The notes beneath the pieces were generated by a model. It did no database searches, was not told the origin of the DNA, and was given only the letters and a program-made list of their open reading frames with translations. From the NCBI GenBank assembly GCA_964445575.1, contig CAYULB010000007.1:3039-67038 (forward strand): a stretch of 64,000 nucleotides of DNA. The letters are read 5' to 3'. The position numbers and the translations under genes were made by a program. Positions within the stretch are counted from its first letter, which is position 1, and the number at the start of each line of letters is the position of its first letter. Positions 26,384 to 35,728 of this stretch are shown piece by piece. This DNA comes from an uncultured Eubacteriales bacterium (GTDB lineage Bacteria; Acidobacteriota; Aminicenantia; Aminicenantales; Aminicenantaceae).

Positions 26384-29300
26384 ATGAAAAAAAGAACATT
26401 TACATCGACCTGGTTGATTTTAACTTTGCTCTTCTGTTTTCCTTTTTTGAGTTATTCAGAGACAAATACATCTGAAGACAATGGCAACTTAGATTTACTG
26501 AATTCTCTTTCCCTTTCTGCTTTTAAATTAAGGTCTATCGGGCCTGCACTGACCTCCGGAAGGATATCTGATTTTGCCATGAATCCAGAAAATCCGAGCG
26601 AATTTTATGTAGCCTCTTCATCAGGGGGGGTATGGAAAACCATCAACGCAGGAACTACCTTCACTCCCATCTTCGACCATCAAGGGTCCTATTCCATAGG
26701 ATGCATCACTATGGACCCCAATAATTTTAATATCATTTGGGTGGGTACAGGGGAAAACAACAATCAAAGAAGCGTTGGCTATGGAGACGGCATATACAAA
26801 TCTTTAGACGGAGGAGCTTCCTGGAAGCATATGGGACTTAAAAATTCAGAACACATTGGAATGATCACGGTAGACCCCCGGGATTCCAACGTGGTCTATG
26901 TGGCTGCTTATGGTCCCCTATGGAGTGCCGGTGGAGACAGAGGCCTTTACAAAAGTACAGATGGGGGAGAAACCTGGACTCCTATTCTCACCATAAGCGA
27001 ACACACCGGTATAAATGAAGCCCATCTTGATCCCAGGAATCCAGACATAATCTATGCAGCCGCACATCAGCGCCGAAGGCATGTTTTTACACTTATTGAC
27101 GGAGGACCGGAATCAGGACTTTATAAATCCGTTGATGCTGGAAAAACCTGGGAAAAAATCAACAAAGGACTTCCCTCCGGAGACAAAGGAAGGATAGGAC
27201 TTGCTGTTTCACCGGCTGACCCCGATTATATTTATGCTATTGTTGAGGCAAAAACTGGACAGGGAGGCTTCTTTCGAAGTTTAAACGGAGGTGCCTCCTG
27301 GGAGAAAAGGAGCAGCTATTCCTCTTCTGGAAATTACTACCAGGAAATCATTTGTGACCCCAAGGATAAAAACCGCGTCTACTCCATGGATACCTTTCTT
27401 CAGGTAACTGACGACGGTGGAAAAACATGGACAGCTCTAGGAGACCGCAGCAAACACTGGGACAGCCACGCCCTGTGGATCAATCCCAGAAATCCTCGTT
27501 ACTACCTTAACGGTAATGATGGAGGTGTGTATGAATCTTTTGACAGGGGAGATACGTGGAAATATATGCCCAATCTTCCTGTCACCCAATTTTATAAAAT
27601 CGCTGTTGATTATGACGAACCTTTTTACAACGTCTATGGAGGCACCCAGGACAACTACAGTCTGGGCGGTCCTTCCCGGACCACCAGCGCTCATGGGATT
27701 GTCAATGCAGACTGGTATACTACCCAAGGAGGGGATGGGTTTGAGTCCCAGGTAGACCCTGAAAATCCGAACATAGTCTATGCCCAGTCCCAGTATGGGA
27801 ATCTAATCCGCTTTGATAAGAAAAGCGGAGAAAAAATGGGAATTCAGCCCAAACCCAGAAAAGGAGAAAACGAATACCGATGGAATTGGGACGCTCCTCT
27901 TCTTATAAGCCCTCACTCACAGACCCGTTTGTACTTTGCAGCAAACAAATTATTCCGGAGTGATGACAGAGGAAACACCTGGAAAGTGATCAGCCCTGAC
28001 TTAACCAGACAGATCGACCGAAACAAACTTGAAGTGATGGGAAGAATCTGGCCCATGGATGCAGTAGCTAAGAATGCCTCGACTTCCCCCTATGGGACTA
28101 TTGTGGCTCTAGATGAATCTCCAGTGCAGGAGGACATGGTGTATGTGGGCACGGACGACGGACGGATTCAAGTGACTGAGGACGGAGGCAAAAATTGGAG
28201 AAAGATAGATAAGTTTCCCGGAGTCCCTGAGAGAACCTATGTGAACGACATCATCGCCTCCCATCATGATCGAAACACCGTCTACGCAGCCTTTAATAAC
28301 CATAAAAACGGAGACTTTAAACCGTATGTTCTCAAGAGCAGTGATGCGGGAAAAACCTGGACTTCTCTTGCTTCAGATCTTCCGGAACGGGGTTCTGTTT
28401 ATGCTTTAGCCGAAGACCACATCAACAAAAACCTTCTCTTTGCTGGTACTGAATTTGGAGTTTTTGCCTCTTTGGATGGAGGAATGAGCTGGAAGCAGCT
28501 CAAAAACGGTCTGCCAACCATTGCAGTCCGGGATATCGCGATACAAAAAAGAGAAAATGACTTGGGCTTGGCCACCTTTGGCCGCGGGATCTACATCCTG
28601 GATGATTATTCTCCTATGCGGTCTCTGACCGAAGACCTACTCAAAAAAGAAGGGCATATATTTCCCATAAAAGACGCTCTCATGTTTGTTGAAAAAACTC
28701 CCCTAGGCACACTTGGTTCCAGGAGCAAAGGTTTTCAGGGCGAAAACTACTTCACAGCTCCAAATCCTCCTGTAGCCGCCACCTTTACTTATTACCTTAA
28801 AGAGAACATCCAAACATTGAGGGAAAAGAGAAAACAAGAAGAAAGAGAAAAATTCCAAAAGAACCAGCCGGTGTATTATCCTTCTTATGAACAGATGAAA
28901 GCAGAAGAAGAGGAGCTGGCACCCTACCTTATTTTTACCATCATGGATGAAGAGGACCAGGTAGTAAGATACCTAAGGGCGCCTGCAGGAAAAGGACTGC
29001 ACCGCATAAACTGGGACCTCCGTTATCCAGACCTCAGCCCAACCAATACGGGAGAAGCCGACCCAACCTCCTCAGGCTCTTCGTCCACCTTTGTTCTGCC
29101 TGGTACGTACAAAGTATTTATGTCCCAGTGTGTCCAGGGAGAAATCATCCAACTAACGGATTCTGTGGTCTTTGAAGCGAAAACTCTCGGAAACGCCTCC
29201 CTTCCCGCGGAAGGCAAAGCAGCTTTAGTGGAATTTCAAAGAAAAGTCCGCCGGCTCAGCCATTCTGTAAACGCAGCTTCTCGAGTACTGAGAGACCTGA

Positions 29301-29683
29301 ACACCCGCATTACTCTTTATAAAGCCGCTTTAAAGAGTGTCACAGTCCCCCATAAAGAATTGTTTTCTCAAATCATAGACCTAGAGAAAAAACTGGCAGA
29401 AATCCAGCGCCGGATGTATGGAGATTCTCTAAAAAGAAGACTTGACCTTGATGCAGAACCGGGACTGGCAAGGCGGATCAGTTCCATCATCTACGAACAG
29501 TGGAAATCAACATCCGCTCCCACTCAAACTCAAAAAGACAATTATCAAATCGTGGAGGAAGAATTTACGCCCATTTACCAGGAAATAAAGAAAATCATGG
29601 AAGAAGAAGTAAAAAACATCGAGCAGAAACTCAATGAAATAGGAGCTCCTTACACACCCGGACGACTCCCTGACTGGAAATGA
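26384..29683 (+). CDS. Secreted BNR/Asp-box repeat protein (sortilin/VPS10-like double beta-propeller), 1099 aa
   Basis: Signal peptide and at least 10 SxDxGxTW Asp-boxes (SLDGGASWKH, STDGGETWT, SVDAGKTWEK, SSDAGKTWTS ...). Strong AAGGAGG RBS. Confidence 0.85.
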   Translation: MKKRTFTSTWLILTLLFCFPFLSYSETNTSEDNGNLDLLNSLSLSAFKLRSIGPALTSGRISDFAMNPENPSEFYVASSSGGVWKTINAGTTFTPIFDHQGSYSIGCITMDPNNFNIIWVGTGENNNQRSVGYGDGIYKSLDGGASWKHMGLKNSEHIGMITVDPRDSNVVYVAAYGPLWSAGGDRGLYKSTDGGETWTPILTISEHTGINEAHLDPRNPDIIYAAAHQRRRHVFTLIDGGPESGLYKSVDAGKTWEKINKGLPSGDKGRIGLAVSPADPDYIYAIVEAKTGQGGFFRSLNGGASWEKRSSYSSSGNYYQEIICDPKDKNRVYSMDTFLQVTDDGGKTWTALGDRSKHWDSHALWINPRNPRYYLNGNDGGVYESFDRGDTWKYMPNLPVTQFYKIAVDYDEPFYNVYGGTQDNYSLGGPSRTTSAHGIVNADWYTTQGGDGFESQVDPENPNIVYAQSQYGNLIRFDKKSGEKMGIQPKPRKGENEYRWNWDAPLLISPHSQTRLYFAANKLFRSDDRGNTWKVISPDLTRQIDRNKLEVMGRIWPMDAVAKNASTSPYGTIVALDESPVQEDMVYVGTDDGRIQVTEDGGKNWRKIDKFPGVPERTYVNDIIASHHDRNTVYAAFNNHKNGDFKPYVLKSSDAGKTWTSLASDLPERGSVYALAEDHINKNLLFAGTEFGVFASLDGGMSWKQLKNGLPTIAVRDIAIQKRENDLGLATFGRGIYILDDYSPMRSLTEDLLKKEGHIFPIKDALMFVEKTPLGTLGSRSKGFQGENYFTAPNPPVAATFTYYLKENIQTLREKRKQEEREKFQKNQPVYYPSYEQMKAEEEELAPYLIFTIMDEEDQVVRYLRAPAGKGLHRINWDLRYPDLSPTNTGEADPTSSGSSSTFVLPGTYKVFMSQCVQGEIIQLTDSVVFEAKTLGNASLPAEGKAALVEFQRKVRRLSHSVNAASRVLRDLNTRITLYKAALKSVTVPHKELFSQIIDLEKKLAEIQRRMYGDSLKRRLDLDAEPGLARRISSIIYEQWKSTSAPTQTQKDNYQIVEEEFTPIYQEIKKIMEEEVKNIEQKLNEIGAPYTPGRLPDWK

Positions 29684-29721
29684 AAAAATAAAGGCACTTA
29701 AAAAGAAGACATGCCCGGCGC

Positions 29722-29750
29722 TTGATAAATAGAAGAGGGTGTTATATCAT
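29722..29750 (+). promoter_or_regulatory. Putative sigma70 promoter: TTGATA, 17 nt, TATCAT
   Basis: Hexamers at 29722-29727 and 29745-29750, upstream of the Trm112-like gene. Confidence 0.4.
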
Positions 29751-29770
29751 AATTTTTTGGAGAAAAAAAT

Positions 29771-29959
29771 ATGAGTATAGATCCCCACTTGCTTGAAATC
29801 CTGGCTTGCCCAATCTGCAAAACAGAGGTGAAGCTGACTTCAGATGAACAAGGACTCAAATGCGTCAAATGCCATAGGATCTACCCCATAAAAGATGAAA
29901 TCCCAGTTATGCTCATTGATGAGGCCACCATTGAGCCGGAAAGACCGACCAAGGATTGA
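29771..29959 (+). CDS. Trm112/YcaR (UPF0434) family zinc-ribbon protein
   Basis: LLEILACPICK...LKCVKCHRIYPIKDEIPVML, about 60 aa. Confidence 0.85.
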   Translation: MSIDPHLLEILACPICKTEVKLTSDEQGLKCVKCHRIYPIKDEIPVMLIDEATIEPERPTKD

Positions 29960-30995
29960 CCCAGGAAAAATCAGAAACGTCCTTTTAGTGAGGCTGAGGA
30001 GGATGGGAGACGTCATCATGACTACTCCTGCGGTCTCAGTCCTAAAAAAAAATTTCCCGGCTGCATCTTTATCCTATGTGATAGAAAAACCCTATTCAGA
30101 CCTTATTGAAGGAAATCCTCATATAAACCAAACCATTGTCCTTCCCTCTCATTCCAATTCTAAATATTTTTTTTCTTTGCTCAAAAAAATAAGAGAGGAA
30201 AAATATGACACTGTGATCGACTTCCACGGAGGCCCCAGAGCTTCTCTCATCACTCTTTTTTCAGGAGCAGAATTAAAAATCGGATACAGAATAAAATACA
30301 AACACTTCATTTATCACATAAAACAGCCCCGAAGCTCTGAGACAGGCTATATTCATTCTGTTGAAAACCACGTTAATTTAGTGAAATCACTGGGGATAAA
30401 ATCAGGAGCCATCCCTCCTCTTTATATCCCGCTTTCTACTCAGGATGAAAAGGAGAAAATCTCTCAAATACTTTCCCAATACAAACTTTCCGCTTCGAAA
30501 ACAATCTCTATCCATATTGGAGCCGGGAATAGATTTAGAGACTGGGGAGTGAAAAATCATATTAAATTATGCCGCCTTCTTACTAAAATTCCTGAGGTAA
30601 AAATTGTTCTCCTGGGAGCAGAACAAGACAGAGCATCTGCTGAGTCAATCTCAGCCCAAACCGGGCCCAGATCTATCTCTTTAGCAGGGGACTTAAAGCT
30701 GAGAGAGGTCAGAGATATCATTTCTCATTCATTGCTTTTCATAGGTCCGGACAGCGGCCCCATGCACATCGCCGCTTCCACCAGAACTCCTATTGTGGCA
30801 CTTTTCGGCCCAACTCTGCCTGATAATTTCGGCCCATGGCGGGCTACTTATAAAATTATCCAGAAACAATTTGACTGCCGACCCTGCAGACAAAAAGAGT
30901 GTATTCATAAAGACTTTCCATGCCTCCAGCAAATCACCCCAGAGCAAGTGTATAAAGAAAGTATGGGATTTTTAACCAGGCAGTCTATCACATAG
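29895..30995 (+). CDS. Glycosyltransferase family 9 (LPS heptosyltransferase)
   Basis: KIRNVLLVRLRRMGDVIMTTPA N-terminal signature and the C-terminal GPDSGPMHIAAS...P.VALFGPT. The start is uncertain (ATG 29895 or 29919), and either one overlaps the Trm112 gene. Confidence 0.85.
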   Translation: MKSQLCSLMRPPLSRKDRPRIDPGKIRNVLLVRLRRMGDVIMTTPAVSVLKKNFPAASLSYVIEKPYSDLIEGNPHINQTIVLPSHSNSKYFFSLLKKIREEKYDTVIDFHGGPRASLITLFSGAELKIGYRIKYKHFIYHIKQPRSSETGYIHSVENHVNLVKSLGIKSGAIPPLYIPLSTQDEKEKISQILSQYKLSASKTISIHIGAGNRFRDWGVKNHIKLCRLLTKIPEVKIVLLGAEQDRASAESISAQTGPRSISLAGDLKLREVRDIISHSLLFIGPDSGPMHIAASTRTPIVALFGPTLPDNFGPWRATYKIIQKQFDCRPCRQKECIHKDFPCLQQITPEQVYKESMGFLTRQSIT

Positions 30996-31129
30996 ATAAC
31001 TTTTTCTAAAAAAATCCTCCTGCCTCCTTTATTAACCCAGAAGGGGTTACCTTGTTTTCATATTTATATTTGTTTATGCCATCATTGATTTGAAGTGGGA
31101 ACCGTGATAGATATAGAAGGAGGCTTTAG

Positions 31130-31870
31130 ATGGAAAAGATTCATACCACAGAAAACATGGTTCATACCTATGAAGCAGATTTTAAGGGAAAAGCCCATTT
31201 TCATTCCCTGCTCAATTACCTACAGGAAGCTGCTGCCCAACAGGCTGATGCCCTAGGATTCGGGTTTAAAGACCTCATACAGAGTAAACTCTGCTGGCTT
31301 CTATCCCGGTATCACATCAAAGTCCTTGGTTATCCACGCCTGGGAGACAGACTCCTGGTTTCAACGTGGCCATCAGGAATGCAGGGAACTTTTGCTTTAA
31401 GAGATTTCATAATCAGCGACCAAAAAGGGCATCCACTCCTGCTGGCCACTTCTTCCTGGGTTCTCTGGGACCTACAAAAAAAGAAGCCTTCTTCCTTAGA
31501 AAGCTTGCTTTCAGAAAACCAAATCCTTGAAAGAAGAGCTTTGGAAGACTTTTTTCAGCCTCTTCCCCCACTCACCAAGCCACATCATGAAGCCAGCTTC
31601 AGAGTAATGGTAAAAGACTTGGATGTAAACAAACATGTAAACAATGTTGTTTACATCCAGTGGGCACTTGAATCTGTACCCAAAGATGTTCTGCTAAAAA
31701 AACACCCTCTTGAAATTGAAGCCGCTTATAAAGCTGAGGCCTTCTTTGGAGAAAAAGTTATATCAAGAGTGCAGCCGATAGACAGAGAAGGCAGCCATAG
31801 CTATCGGCACCAGATAATAAATAAAAAGAAAGGAAAAGAGCTTGCTCGCCTCATAAGTGTTTGGGAATAA
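31130..31870 (+). CDS. Acyl-ACP thioesterase
   Basis: Double hot-dog layout. N-terminal Y.V...E.D..G......LL.YLQEAA pattern, and the second half has DLDVNKHVNNVVYIQW. GAAGGAGG RBS. Confidence 0.8.
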   Translation: MEKIHTTENMVHTYEADFKGKAHFHSLLNYLQEAAAQQADALGFGFKDLIQSKLCWLLSRYHIKVLGYPRLGDRLLVSTWPSGMQGTFALRDFIISDQKGHPLLLATSSWVLWDLQKKKPSSLESLLSENQILERRALEDFFQPLPPLTKPHHEASFRVMVKDLDVNKHVNNVVYIQWALESVPKDVLLKKHPLEIEAAYKAEAFFGEKVISRVQPIDREGSHSYRHQIINKKKGKELARLISVWE

Positions 31871-32011
31871 AGAATCAAAACCCATACAAAGCCGCATGAC
31901 TTTACTTCTGCTTTCTTAAAATCAAAGGTAAAAAACTTTTGAGCCAGCAGCAAAATCATAATCTGAAACAAAATAGAGTTTCTTCTGATCAAAATTCAGT
32001 GACAAATCATT

Positions 32012-32452
32012 TTGAATATCTGGATGGATGGTACAAGAAAGAACTGGATGAAAAAGGATGACCTTGAAGATTTCTTCCGACTCTGTCAAAAAATAGAAGC
32101 AGGAATGAGACAAGAAAACAGAGAAGGAGGGAAAACTGAGTTCTTGCTGTTTGAAAAGCCCAAGCTGCCCTATTGTAAGGAGACACTTAGAAGAAAAAGG
32201 AGAAAGCCCTTCCTATCAAAAACCTCCTTTTTTTCTTCATTGGGTGAACAAACTGTTTTTCAGGATACCTGGCCGGATATACCGGGCTATCAAGAAATGA
32301 TTTTATCCCAGATGCTTCCAGCACACCACGCCGGAACAAGGATAAAGAGAAAGAGCATCTCTGGACTAACTCCTGTGACCTTTTTTTGGAAATTTGAAGT
32401 TTTTTTATTTCTGTTATATCATCTTTTTATTCTTACAAAAGAGTTGCCATGA
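32012..32452 (+). CDS. Hypothetical K/R-rich ORF (146 aa), doubtful
   Basis: It is the only ORF above 100 aa in a 580-bp gap, with no recognisable motif and no convincing RBS. Confidence 0.2.
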   Translation: MNIWMDGTRKNWMKKDDLEDFFRLCQKIEAGMRQENREGGKTEFLLFEKPKLPYCKETLRRKRRKPFLSKTSFFSSLGEQTVFQDTWPDIPGYQEMILSQMLPAHHAGTRIKRKSISGLTPVTFFWKFEVFLFLLYHLFILTKELP

Positions 32453-32453
32453 A

Positions 32454-33608
32454 ATGAAAATATCACATCTTATCCCCGCAGCTGTTGCCTTGTATCTGCT
32501 TTTCTCAATGATCTCTATTTCAGTCAGCCAAGCCATGCTGGGGATTGCTTTTATTCTCTGGGTCATTCATTTAATCAAGACAAAACAGAAAATCGAATTC
32601 CCTGGATTTTTCTGGGCTCTCCTTGCTTACAGTTTTCTCTCTCTTATCGCTTGTGTTTTTTCTGACAATCCCGAGGTAAGTTTTACCGAAAGTCGTGAAC
32701 TTCTCCTTTTTCTCATTATCCCCATTGTCTATACCGGCTTTCAAAGGGTCAAAGACATTAAAACAGCGAATCTAGCTCTTTTGGCTTCGGGATTGGTCAG
32801 TGTCTTGTTTTCATTTCTTATCTTTATATTCAAGCAGGAACCCGGAGAGAGAATTTCTGGGTTCATGGGGCATTATATGACTCAGGCCGGAGTGCTTCTT
32901 TTGTTTGCTACCCTGGCACTCAGTATGCTTCTCTTTTCCCGCACCTACATAAAGTATATCTGGGGGGGTGCTTTTGTTATTTCTTCAATAGCTCTGGTAC
33001 TCACCCTTACCAGAAATGCATGGATCGGCCTGGTGGTTTCAGTTGTTGTGCTGCTTCTTCTCTACAAGCCCAAACTTGTGGCTGTGATTCCGGCCGTTCT
33101 TGCCCTGACGTTTCTCATAAGCCCAAAAAACATTAAACAAAGAGCTTTGAGTGTTTTCAGCCTGAAGAGCTATTCAAACGCCATAAGGATAGAATATCTC
33201 AAAACAGGTTGGGAAATCATCAAAGAATATCCCCTCTTCGGCACCGGACCTGACACCGTGGATGTGATATTTCAAAATCCTAAATACAACCTCTCACATG
33301 ATGCCCGTAATAATGTCCATCTCCACAATAACATCATCCAAATCGCAGCTGAAAGGGGACTATTCACACTTCTGAGCTGGATGGTCTTTATGGCCTGGGC
33401 TTTTCTCTCTTTATTGAAACGAATCAAGAATCGACATCCCTCTCTCTTTCCTTTGACAGCTGCAGCTTTAGCCAACCTGCTGGCTCTATTCACAGCAGGA
33501 CTTTTCGAATACAACTTCGGTGATTCTGAGGTTTTAACCCTGTTTCTCTATTTAATAACCATGCCTTTCGCCGCAGAAAGAGCACTGAATCCAGAAGAAA
33601 CGCAATAG
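32454..33608 (+). CDS. O-antigen ligase (Wzy_C/WaaL) family membrane protein
   Basis: About 10 TM helices, LTLTRNAWIG (the family's loop motif), and a periplasmic loop with HLHNNIIQIAAERG. ATG 32454 is preferred over the upstream TTG. Confidence 0.8.
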   Translation: MKISHLIPAAVALYLLFSMISISVSQAMLGIAFILWVIHLIKTKQKIEFPGFFWALLAYSFLSLIACVFSDNPEVSFTESRELLLFLIIPIVYTGFQRVKDIKTANLALLASGLVSVLFSFLIFIFKQEPGERISGFMGHYMTQAGVLLLFATLALSMLLFSRTYIKYIWGGAFVISSIALVLTLTRNAWIGLVVSVVVLLLLYKPKLVAVIPAVLALTFLISPKNIKQRALSVFSLKSYSNAIRIEYLKTGWEIIKEYPLFGTGPDTVDVIFQNPKYNLSHDARNNVHLHNNIIQIAAERGLFTLLSWMVFMAWAFLSLLKRIKNRHPSLFPLTAAALANLLALFTAGLFEYNFGDSEVLTLFLYLITMPFAAERALNPEETQ

Positions 33609-33610
33609 GA

Positions 33611-34747
33611 ATGGCAAAAATTCGGAAAAAATTATCTGGTCTTCTCCTTGTTCTGTTATTTTTTTATTTTCTCTGGCTGACTTTCCAAATCCTCAGTTTC
33701 AGAAATTATAAGGAATCCAAAGAACCATCATTTTCTAAAGAAATAATGGGAGCCTATCACATCCACTCCACTTTTTCTGACGGCAAAAAAAGCCTCCCAA
33801 AAATCGCAGAGTATGCATCCAAGTCTTCTCTTGATTTCTGCATTCTGACAGACCATGGAAATCCAAATTTTGAAAGCCTGGAAAGCCAAGGCTGGGAAAA
33901 AGGGGTACTAGTTCTGGCAGGAAGTGAACTTTCGGTCAACAGGGGCCACCTGGTAGCCCTCGGTTTTGACTATCCCCAAAATAAATTTTCTCAAGAGGCA
34001 GAATCTGCAGCTTATCAGATAGCTGAACTCAATGGGTTCTCCATCATTGCGCATCCTTATTCAAAAACAAAGTGGACATGGGGGGAATATGCGGGTTATT
34101 CAGGAATAGAAATCATCAATGCAGATGCAATGGCCAGAAGAAATTCTGTCCATTTGCTGCCTTACCTTCCAGCTCTGCTGGTAAAGCCTGAACTCCCTAT
34201 TCTGAAAACAATTAAGAACCCAACTCCAAATCTCATGAAATGGGATTGGCTCAATAAAGATTTTACAGTTTATGGCTACTACAGCACAGACGCCCATATG
34301 CTCTACAGCCCTTTATTTTCTCTTTTAAGAATCCACCTCCTTCTCGAAGAAAACCTATCCTTGGTTTTTGAAAAAGCAAAGAATCAAGTTTTCCATGCTC
34401 TTGAAAACGGCCGCTTCTTTAACAGCATTGATGCAGCGGCTCCAGCCACAGGTTTTAGGTTCTGGGGAGAAACAGAAAATAACAAAATTTTTATGGGCGA
34501 ATCCTTATTGTTTAACAAAAAAGTTTCTTTTTTTGTCAAAACACCGGATTCTTTATCTTGTAAAACAGTTCTCATCCATAACGGAAAGCCTATCCTGACA
34601 GAAACAAAAGAGCTGGTCTCATTCACTCCCACTGAACCGGGAGTATACCGAGTGGAAGTTTTCCTTCTTGAAAAAACACCCCTGGACAAATCATGTCCCT
34701 GGATCCTTTCCAATCCAATTTTTCTAAGGGAAAAAGCAGATGATTGA
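33611..34747 (+). CDS. Membrane-anchored PHP-family (CehA/McbA-like) metallophosphoesterase
   Basis: N-terminal TM helix, then HIHSTFSDG, ILTDHGN and IAHP motifs of the PHP fold. Confidence 0.75.
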   Translation: MAKIRKKLSGLLLVLLFFYFLWLTFQILSFRNYKESKEPSFSKEIMGAYHIHSTFSDGKKSLPKIAEYASKSSLDFCILTDHGNPNFESLESQGWEKGVLVLAGSELSVNRGHLVALGFDYPQNKFSQEAESAAYQIAELNGFSIIAHPYSKTKWTWGEYAGYSGIEIINADAMARRNSVHLLPYLPALLVKPELPILKTIKNPTPNLMKWDWLNKDFTVYGYYSTDAHMLYSPLFSLLRIHLLLEENLSLVFEKAKNQVFHALENGRFFNSIDAAAPATGFRFWGETENNKIFMGESLLFNKKVSFFVKTPDSLSCKTVLIHNGKPILTETKELVSFTPTEPGVYRVEVFLLEKTPLDKSCPWILSNPIFLREKADD

Positions 34748-35723
34748 AGCAAACAAAAAAAATTTAGAAACCATCATAAACAAATTCAGAGGACGGCGAC
34801 TCCTGGTCCTCGGTGACATCATGTTTGACAGATACATATGGGGGAAAGTCGAAAGAATCTCCCCTGAAGCTCCTGTTCCTGTGGTTCAGGTGAATAGAGA
34901 CACACTCTGTCTGGGAGGAGCGGGAAATGTGTACCAAAACCTAAAAAGCCTGGGGGCTTTCCCTATTCTATTAGGGACAGTGGGAAATGATGAAGAGGGA
35001 AAATGGATTAAGAAGAACCTTGACTATAAAAAAGGCATTTTTACTTCCCAAAACCGGCCTACTACCACCAAAACAAGAATCATTGCTCATCAGCAGCAGG
35101 TTGTCAGGGTAGATAAAGAAGGAAAGGAACCTCTATCTCAAAAAATAAATGAAAAAATTCTAGATTTCATCCAAAAAGAAACCTACGAAGGCATATTAAT
35201 ATCCGACTATAATAAAGGAGTGGTCAATTCAAGTCTTATGAATGATCTCCTCTCTTTTACCCAGAAGAAAAAAATACCCGTATTTGTAGACCCAAAAAAA
35301 GAAAATATCACTCATTTCTCTCCGATAACTCTTCTTACTCCCAACCACCATGAAGCATCTTCTATAGTCAACCATCCTTGCGAAGAAGACCCAGAAACAG
35401 AAAATGCAGGGATTGAGATCCTTTCTCTTATTGATACAAAATACCTGATTATAAAGCGGGGTAAAAAAGGAATGACTGTATTTGATAAAAACAAGCATCC
35501 CATCCATATACCTACCACAGCCCAGGAAGTCTATGATATCACTGGTGCGGGAGATACAGTCATTGCCACAGCAAGCCTGTCCCTTCTTTCGGGTGCTTCC
35601 CTTCAGGAATCCGCTTTTCTGGCAAATACAGCCGCAGGAATTGTAGTCGGTAAAATGGGAACAGCAGCTGTTACCTCCCAGGAACTTATAAACCTGCTGA
35701 AAAAATCACAAACCAAGAAATAA
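34740..35723 (+). CDS. D-glycero-beta-D-manno-heptose-7-phosphate kinase (HldE/RfaE domain I only; PfkB family)
   Basis: LVLGDIMFDRYIWGKVERISPEAPVPVV and the C-terminal DITGAGDTV. At 327 aa there is no room for the adenylyltransferase domain. Confidence 0.85.
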   Translation: MIEANKKNLETIINKFRGRRLLVLGDIMFDRYIWGKVERISPEAPVPVVQVNRDTLCLGGAGNVYQNLKSLGAFPILLGTVGNDEEGKWIKKNLDYKKGIFTSQNRPTTTKTRIIAHQQQVVRVDKEGKEPLSQKINEKILDFIQKETYEGILISDYNKGVVNSSLMNDLLSFTQKKKIPVFVDPKKENITHFSPITLLTPNHHEASSIVNHPCEEDPETENAGIEILSLIDTKYLIIKRGKKGMTVFDKNKHPIHIPTTAQEVYDITGAGDTVIATASLSLLSGASLQESAFLANTAAGIVVGKMGTAAVTSQELINLLKKSQTKK

Positions 35724-35728
35724 AAAAG

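Noticed and set aside
31085-31113. TTGATT-17-TAGATA promoter-like pair upstream of the acyl-ACP thioesterase gene
   Set aside because: The implied transcription start would fall inside or after the GAAGGAGG RBS, leaving no functional leader, so it is probably fortuitous.
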